From: Thermoplasmata archaeon
Lineage (GTDB): Archaea; Thermoplasmatota; Thermoplasmata; GCA-020350865
Length of the DNA: 11,802 nt
Direction: 5' to 3'
Assembly: GCA_020348445.1 (NCBI GenBank)
Contig: CP070751.1
Span: 1,326,669-1,338,470, forward strand
The translations under genes were made by a program, and so were the position numbers. Below the pieces are notes generated by a model that was not told where the DNA came from, did no database searches, and saw only the letters and a program-made list of their open reading frames with translations. This document shows, piece by piece, positions 6,907-11,802 of this stretch (positions within the stretch are counted from its first letter, which is position 1; every line of letters begins with the position of its first letter).

Positions 6907-7713
6907 ATGACGCAGGTGGGCATAATCACTGCCGTTATTCTCGGTATCTTCCAGGGTTTTGTGGAATGGCTGCCCATCAGCAGCTCGGGACAAACCATCC
7001 TGGCCATGGTGGATATATTGAAGATCGATGCGGACACCGCCTTCTCACTGGCCTTCTTCCTTCATTTTGGTACCCTTTTGGCTGTTATGCTCAAACTAAG
7101 GGGGGATGTCAAGTATATAGTTATGCGGCTGCCTAAATATAAAGAGGATAAATTGGTCCAGTTCATTGTGGTTTCCACAATAGCTTCAACACTTGTGGGC
7201 TTGCCTGTTTACATATTCCTATTCAACGTCTTTGAAGGGGGAATTGAGGGTGATGTTGTCACAGCCCTTGTTGGCTTTTTTCTCTTGCTAACAGGAATAA
7301 TTATCTACATCTCCAAAAGGAAGACAGGTACAAGAGGCATTGCTGATTCGAATGCTAAGGACTCCCTTTTGGCGGGACTTTGCCAGGGATTTACGGTTTT
7401 ACCAGGCCTTTCGCGCTCAGGTGTGACTGTTGCCGCTTTGGTGTCAAAGAATTTCAAACAGGAAGAGGCACTTCGCCTCTCGTTTTTAATGTCCATCCCT
7501 GCAATTGCAGGAATCATGATATTAGAGGGAATTAGGGGAAAAGTCGCGTCCATAGGCGTTGTGCCAATAGTAGCTGGTATTATTGCATCATTTATAATTG
7601 GTTATTTAATGATCGATGTGCTAATGAGATTCGCAAAGCGGGTCAAGTTCGATTCGTTCTGTGTTGTTTTTGGCATAATTGCCATTGTAGTTGGAATTCT
7701 TGTTTTGATGTGA
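6907..7713 (+). CDS. uppP: UppP/BacA-family polyprenyl-diphosphate phosphatase, 268 aa
   Basis: Both BacA motifs are present: QGFVEWLPISSSGQ and QGFTVLPGLSRSG, plus LHFGTLLAV and RLSFLMSIPA. Multiple TM segments. Confidence 0.93.
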   Translation: MTQVGIITAVILGIFQGFVEWLPISSSGQTILAMVDILKIDADTAFSLAFFLHFGTLLAVMLKLRGDVKYIVMRLPKYKEDKLVQFIVVSTIASTLVGLPVYIFLFNVFEGGIEGDVVTALVGFFLLLTGIIIYISKRKTGTRGIADSNAKDSLLAGLCQGFTVLPGLSRSGVTVAALVSKNFKQEEALRLSFLMSIPAIAGIMILEGIRGKVASIGVVPIVAGIIASFIIGYLMIDVLMRFAKRVKFDSFCVVFGIIAIVVGILVLM

Positions 7714-7781
7714 ATAGTGGGAAGGATAATTAGACTTGCAGTTATACGCATCTTATGGCATAAGTTTCAATGAATTTGATG

Positions 7782-7792
7782 AAAAAATAAAA
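7782..7792 (-). terminator. Oligo-T terminator candidate for the 7817-8887 gene
   Basis: The minus strand reads TTTTATTTTTT ~25 bp after the stop codon. Confidence 0.4.
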
Positions 7793-7816
7793 GTCTAATC
7801 TTGTCTTAACGGCAGT

Positions 7817-8887
7817 TTAATCCATCTTTATCCCCATCCCGCAAAAAGGACACTGGACCGATACTTGTCTCTCCATGGAAGGAATAAGTAATGTATTATA
7901 GCAATTTGGACATCTGATGATCTGGCTTTGAGGTTGCATTGAAGGCCCTTGAGAAGGTGATTGACTTTGCGTTATTGGCACCTGATTTTGAATGGGAGGA
8001 TATTCTGGATGTTGTTGATAAAGAACATATGACTGTTGTGGGCCAGCATCGTACGGTTGAACATACATCAATGGAACATTGGATTCTTTTACCTTTCTAT
8101 TGCGCATAAATACCAGGCCAAAAATTAAAGCAACTATAATAATAGGTATAAAAATTAGGAACATAAGATACGGAAGGGTGAAGATATTATTTTCTCCTTC
8201 ATCACTTATATCTGCTACAGAGTAAGATGTTAGTTCCAAATCAGCCTGTCCTGTCAATTCAGAGGCCTTTTTCACTATATTCTTTACTTCTGAAGAATAC
8301 CAAATATATGAGACGTCTCCAGTATGCTTTTCCGATTTGATTCTGTAGCACTCAAATGTACCAGCTGCAACCTCTACATATTCAATCTCTTCCACTGTAT
8401 AGTTATAGGTCCTTGTCAGGTTAACACGGAATCTATAGTAATCATTATACTCATCCTCACTAAATGTCAAAGTCCATGTCTTCCCAACATACATTGGAAA
8501 ATCTAATTCCTTCTTTGGAGGATAATAAATATGCACCACTGTCCCCTCCTCACCAAGAACCTTAAAATAATCCACGCTCTTTACGGTAGCTAAATCGCTT
8601 GTGGAGATGTAATGATGGCTCCTGGTACCTAACATTTCTGCTGTGAATTCCAATTCATATACCTTATGGTTCGTACCGTCTACGTCTATAAATAAAGTGT
8701 CATTAACCTCATGAATAACCTCGTAGAAGTAGGGGGTATTAACGAGGTCCAAGGATTTTTCGTATTTCCAGGTATCTCCAACACTCCATTTTGGCATCTG
8801 GGCCTCTCCTTTGGCAGGAAAAGACGATTTCGGTAATAAAATCATGAATAAAATGATCCCGCACAAATAAATCAAGGATTTTTTCAT
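7817..8887 (-). CDS. Secreted single-pass membrane protein with a Q/P/Y-rich cytoplasmic tail and C-terminal zinc ribbon, 356 aa
   Basis: Signal-like N-terminus. Beta-rich ectodomain (PKWSVGDTWKY, VEVAAGTFECYRI). TM segment LPYLMFLIFIPIIIVALIFGLVFM. Terminal CPNC-x16-CPFC. Confidence 0.85.
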   Translation of the reverse strand: MKKSLIYLCGIILFMILLPKSSFPAKGEAQMPKWSVGDTWKYEKSLDLVNTPYFYEVIHEVNDTLFIDVDGTNHKVYELEFTAEMLGTRSHHYISTSDLATVKSVDYFKVLGEEGTVVHIYYPPKKELDFPMYVGKTWTLTFSEDEYNDYYRFRVNLTRTYNYTVEEIEYVEVAAGTFECYRIKSEKHTGDVSYIWYSSEVKNIVKKASELTGQADLELTSYSVADISDEGENNIFTLPYLMFLIFIPIIIVALIFGLVFMRNRKVKESNVPLMYVQPYDAGPQQSYVLYQQHPEYPPIQNQVPITQSQSPSQGPSMQPQSQIIRCPNCYNTLLIPSMERQVSVQCPFCGMGIKMD

Positions 8888-9079
8888 ACCCTTACCCTTC
8901 TTTGTCTACTTATCATATAACCAGTTAAAAGGATAAATATTTATTGATTGACTTGCCCATCAAAATCATCTGATGGATTCCGAATAAAACTTCCTTGTCC
9001 CTTTACCTGGTAACGAAAAAGAAGATATATATTTATCTTGCTGAATTTTCCCTATGAAATAATGTCTGGCATCCTGTCT

Positions 9080-9095
9080 CAAAAACCTTTAATAA
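9080..9095 (+). promoter_or_regulatory. BRE-TATA promoter candidate for the hdr operon
   Basis: CAAAAACC followed by TTTAATAA, the same shape as the 5044-5059 element. Confidence 0.5.
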
Positions 9096-9198
9096 GATGA
9101 ATATCAATCCCCTCAAAGCCCTTCCCAGCGTCGAAGAAATTTGAAGGGTCGAGGTGAAAAAATAGGTTCAAATTGAATTAAAAAGAGGGGGCGCAGAA

Positions 9199-9606
9199 AT
9201 AAGAATAGAAATCTCATCCGGGGACATTAAAAACGAGCTGATAAAGGAAATCGAGGAGCTCTCTGGGCAAAAACTTCTATCATGCTACCAGTGCGGGAAA
9301 TGCTCTGCAGGATGCCCAATGGTTGAGGCCATGGACATCCTACCAAATCAGATCATAAGACTGCTGCAGTTGGGTCAGGTCGAGGATGTAAAAGATTCGA
9401 AAACCATCTGGATTTGTGCTTCATGTTTCACATGCGAGGCACGATGCCCCAAAGGGGTGGATCTGTCCAAGATCATGGAGGCTGTGAGGGTTCTTTTACT
9501 TCGAAAGGGTGTGGATTTCATAGAAATATCGAAGCTCTCGGATGATGAGCTCGAGGAGGCCCCCCAGCAGCTTCTTGTGTGCAGCTCTCGAAAGTTCACT
9601 CGTTAA
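9199..9606 (+). CDS. hdrC: Heterodisulfide reductase subunit C (2 x [4Fe-4S]), ~135 aa, probable ATA start
   Basis: CYQCGKCSAGCP (upstream of the ORF-track start at 9319) and IWICASCFTCEARCPKGVD. The frame is open from 9166 (after TAG 9163-9165) with no ATG/GTG/TTG before 9319. ATA at 9199 sits ~7 nt after a GAGGGG SD. The gene identity is firm; the start position is inferred. Confidence 0.9.
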   Translation: MRIEISSGDIKNELIKEIEELSGQKLLSCYQCGKCSAGCPMVEAMDILPNQIIRLLQLGQVEDVKDSKTIWICASCFTCEARCPKGVDLSKIMEAVRVLLLRKGVDFIEISKLSDDELEEAPQQLLVCSSRKFTR

Positions 9607-9617
9607 TTGGTGAAAAG

Positions 9618-10529
9618 ATGAAGGTTACCTACTATCCTGGTTGTACATTATACACAAAGGCCAAGAACCTTGGCGATCTGGCAGTAGCCTCCGCAGAAAA
9701 CCTCGGAATAGAGCTCGTTGAATTGGAGGACTGGACATGCTGCCAGGCTGCATTTCCTTTGGTGGATGACAACATAATGGGGATTATATCCCCCGCAAGA
9801 ATCATAATAAATGCAGAAAAGCGGGGAAACAAGCTCACCACACTCTGTTCATTTTGTTATAATGTATTGAAACGAACAAATAATGTTCTGAAAAACGATC
9901 CTGAAAAAAGGGCCAAGATATGCGATTTTCTGGAGGACGAGTACAAAGGTGAGATCGAGGTAGTGCATTTTCTTGAGATTCTAAGGGATGAGGTGGGTTT
10001 CGATAAATTAAAGAAAGCCGTAAAAAAGAAACCTAAGGGACTTAAAGTGGCTCCTTACTATGGCTGCCAGATAATAAGACCTGCCTCTATTCTAAAATTT
10101 GATGATCCTGAAAATCCCATGATCCTGGATGATTTTCTGGAAAGTCTTGGCTGTGATGTTGTTGACTTTCCTTTTAAGGTGGAATGCTGCGGCTCCTATC
10201 AGGTAATTAATCCCGAGTACAAGGAAATTGCCTTAGGGTGTTCTTATAACATCCTTAAATCAGCGATTTATAACAGTGCAGATGCGGTGGCTCTCACATG
10301 TCCGGTATGTTATTTCAACCTCGACAAAAAGCAGAATGAGATAGCCGATTCCTTTGGTGATTTTGACAGGATTCCGATTCTGTATTTCACTGAACTTTTA
10401 GGTCTGGCTCTAGAAGTCGATTCAAAATTGTTCGATTTTTCAAAGCATGCAATTGATCCAAGACCCTTGTTAACTGATAGGGGGCTCATTGAGGATACTG
10501 GATTATCTGTAAAAGAGGAGGACAAATGA
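9618..10529 (+). CDS. hdrB: Heterodisulfide reductase subunit B (two CCG domains), 303 aa
   Basis: YYPGC, WTCCQ, TLCSFC, PYYGC, ECCGS and TCPVC give all ten expected Cys. ATG 9618 follows GGTGA at 9609-9613. Confidence 0.95.
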   Translation: MKVTYYPGCTLYTKAKNLGDLAVASAENLGIELVELEDWTCCQAAFPLVDDNIMGIISPARIIINAEKRGNKLTTLCSFCYNVLKRTNNVLKNDPEKRAKICDFLEDEYKGEIEVVHFLEILRDEVGFDKLKKAVKKKPKGLKVAPYYGCQIIRPASILKFDDPENPMILDDFLESLGCDVVDFPFKVECCGSYQVINPEYKEIALGCSYNILKSAIYNSADAVALTCPVCYFNLDKKQNEIADSFGDFDRIPILYFTELLGLALEVDSKLFDFSKHAIDPRPLLTDRGLIEDTGLSVKEEDK

Positions 10530-11802
10530 AGAGAATAGGTGTTTTCGTCTGCCACTGCGGAACAAATATAGCAGGGACCGTGGATGTTAAGAAGGTGGTG
10601 GAGGAGGTTTCAAAGCACCCTGCTGTTGTTCATGCTGTGGAATACACTTACATGTGCTCGGACCCGGGCCAGGCAATGATAAAAGACGCCATTAAAGAGA
10701 AGAATCTCGAAGGCGTCATCGTTGCCTCTTGCTCTCCCAGTCTTCATGAGAACACATTCAGAAAGGCAGTATCATCGGAGGATGTGAATCCCTATTTATT
10801 CGAGGCCGCAAATATAAGGGAGCAGTGCAGCTGGGTGCACAAGGACAGGGAGGCTGGCACCGCAAAGGCCGTTAAAATCATAAATGGCATGATTGAAAAA
10901 CTCCAAGAAAATATACCCCTTCACCCCATCAGCATTCCAGTAACAAAAAGGGCTCTGGTTGTGGGAGCAGGTATTGCCGGTATGCAGGCTGCATTGGACA
11001 TAGCCAATTCCGGATACGAGACTATTTTGCTGGAAAAGGAATCCTCCATCGGGGGAAAGATGTCCCAGCTCGCCGAGACTTTCCCAACCCTGGACTGTGC
11101 ATCATGCATACTAACTCCGAAAATGGTGGAGGTTTCCCAGCACCCCAACATAAAACTCATGACCTATTCAGATGTGGAGGAGGTCTCAGGTTATGTGGGG
11201 AACTTTAAAGTCAAAGTAAGAAAAAAGGCCCGCTCAATTAATGAAGAGCTTTGCACAGGCTGCGGAGAATGTGTAAATAATTGTCTTGTGGGCAATGAGA
11301 TTCAATTACAGGAAGCAAAGAGTGTTGAGGGTGAACTTCCAAAAGAGATGAAATCTGAACTGGATAAGATATTTGAAGAATACACTGATGAGGCGGGACC
11401 TCTGATACCGGTTCTACAAGATATCAATGAGAAGTACAACTACCTGCCTGAGCTTGCCTTGAGGTATGTTTCAGAGCGCCTTGAAATACCACTTGGCCAG
11501 GTTTACCATGTTGCCACCTTCTACAAGGCCTTCAGCCTTAAACCCCGCGGCAAACATATCATAAAAATATGCCTGGGAACAGCCTGTCATGTAAGGGGTA
11601 CCAACAGGGTTGTGGATGAAGTCAAACGGGTGCTGAATATTGAACCTGGGGAGACAACAGAGGATGGGGAATATACCCTGGAAACAGTAAACTGCCTCGG
11701 CGCATGCGCCCTGGGTCCAGTTATGGTCCTGGACAATGAATATCACGGCCAGATGAATTCCAGCAAGGTAAAGAAAGTCTTAAAGAAAGGAAAAGAAGGG
11801 AG
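10526..11802 (+). CDS. hdrA: HdrA N-terminal half fused in frame to a NuoE/HydC-like [2Fe-2S] domain; partial, runs off the right edge (>=425 aa)
   Basis: ATG overlaps the hdrB stop (ATGA), GAGGAGG SD. MKRIGVFVCHCGTNIAGTVD, YMCSDPGQ, ASCSPSLHE, ANIREQCSWVH, LVVGAGIAGMQAALDIA, TFPTLDCASCILTPKM, CTGCGECVNNC, then LIPVLQDINEKYNYLP...VATFYKAFSLKPRGKHIIKICLGTACHVRG...TVNCLGACALGP. No stop seen. Confidence 0.93.
   Translation, partial: MKRIGVFVCHCGTNIAGTVDVKKVVEEVSKHPAVVHAVEYTYMCSDPGQAMIKDAIKEKNLEGVIVASCSPSLHENTFRKAVSSEDVNPYLFEAANIREQCSWVHKDREAGTAKAVKIINGMIEKLQENIPLHPISIPVTKRALVVGAGIAGMQAALDIANSGYETILLEKESSIGGKMSQLAETFPTLDCASCILTPKMVEVSQHPNIKLMTYSDVEEVSGYVGNFKVKVRKKARSINEELCTGCGECVNNCLVGNEIQLQEAKSVEGELPKEMKSELDKIFEEYTDEAGPLIPVLQDINEKYNYLPELALRYVSERLEIPLGQVYHVATFYKAFSLKPRGKHIIKICLGTACHVRGTNRVVDEVKRVLNIEPGETTEDGEYTLETVNCLGACALGPVMVLDNEYHGQMNSSKVKKVLKKGKEG

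Noticed and set aside
4821-7553. ORFs 4821-5045, 5236-5442, 5491-5877, 6831-7136 and 7305-7553
   Set aside because: They overlap well-supported genes on the opposite strand or in another frame and have no independent motifs.
9730-9750. HdrB first motif reads CCQ instead of CCG
   Set aside because: All ten ligand Cys are present; a change at the non-ligand position is too weak to claim altered function.
11641-11700. Apparent early stop in the NuoE domain near 11688
   Set aside because: Recounting the G run shows the frame reads EDGEYTLETVNCLG; the TAA is in another frame.
8324-11746. ORFs 8324-8506, 9375-9599, 9632-9841, 10310-10555, 10921-11160 and 11471-11746
   Set aside because: They are antisense shadows of the membrane protein gene and of hdrC, hdrB and hdrA.
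9199-11802. Calling the locus an sHdr sulfur-oxidation system or evidence of methanogenesis
   Set aside because: Gene order and HdrA type do not match sHdr (no hdrC1B1A-hyp-C2B2 layout, no lbpA), and hdrABC is common in non-methanogens. No mcr or mtr is visible.
1-11802. tRNA, rRNA, transposase, integrase or selenocysteine signals
   Set aside because: No cloverleaf, rRNA-like segment, recombinase motif or in-frame TGA at a Cys position was seen by eye.

Overview
This looks like archaeal DNA: GGTGA/GAGGTG Shine-Dalgarno (SD) motifs, BRE-TATA-like promoters and a COG3355/TrmB-like regulator. A Thermoplasmata-like anaerobe is my inference, not something the sequence proves. (1) 1-4164, minus strand: a signal-peptide-bearing fibre/adhesin gene (GNVGIG repeats plus 14-aa YadA-head-like repeats) that is split by a frameshift at ~1218-1222 and runs off the left edge. 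Next to it is a 770-aa membrane-anchored TPR protein carrying an inserted array of 19 x 9-aa repeats. (2) 4619-7713: a Cys-rich TrmB-like regulator divergent from a tusA-dsrE2-like-dsrH-dsrE-dsrF sulfur-relay operon, followed by uppP. (3) 7817-8887: a secreted/TM/zinc-ribbon membrane protein. (4) 9199-11802: an hdrC-hdrB-hdrA operon. hdrC has no in-frame ATG/GTG/TTG ahead of its first Fe-S motif, and an ATA start is likely. The HdrA reading frame, missing from the ORF track because it runs off the edge, switches in frame from the HdrA N-terminal half into a complete NuoE/HydC-type [2Fe-2S] domain. The most promising system is this HdrABC with a built-in NuoE-like electron-input module, possibly working with the nearby TusA/DsrEFH persulfide carriers. 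All translations and motif calls were done by eye; no searches were run.
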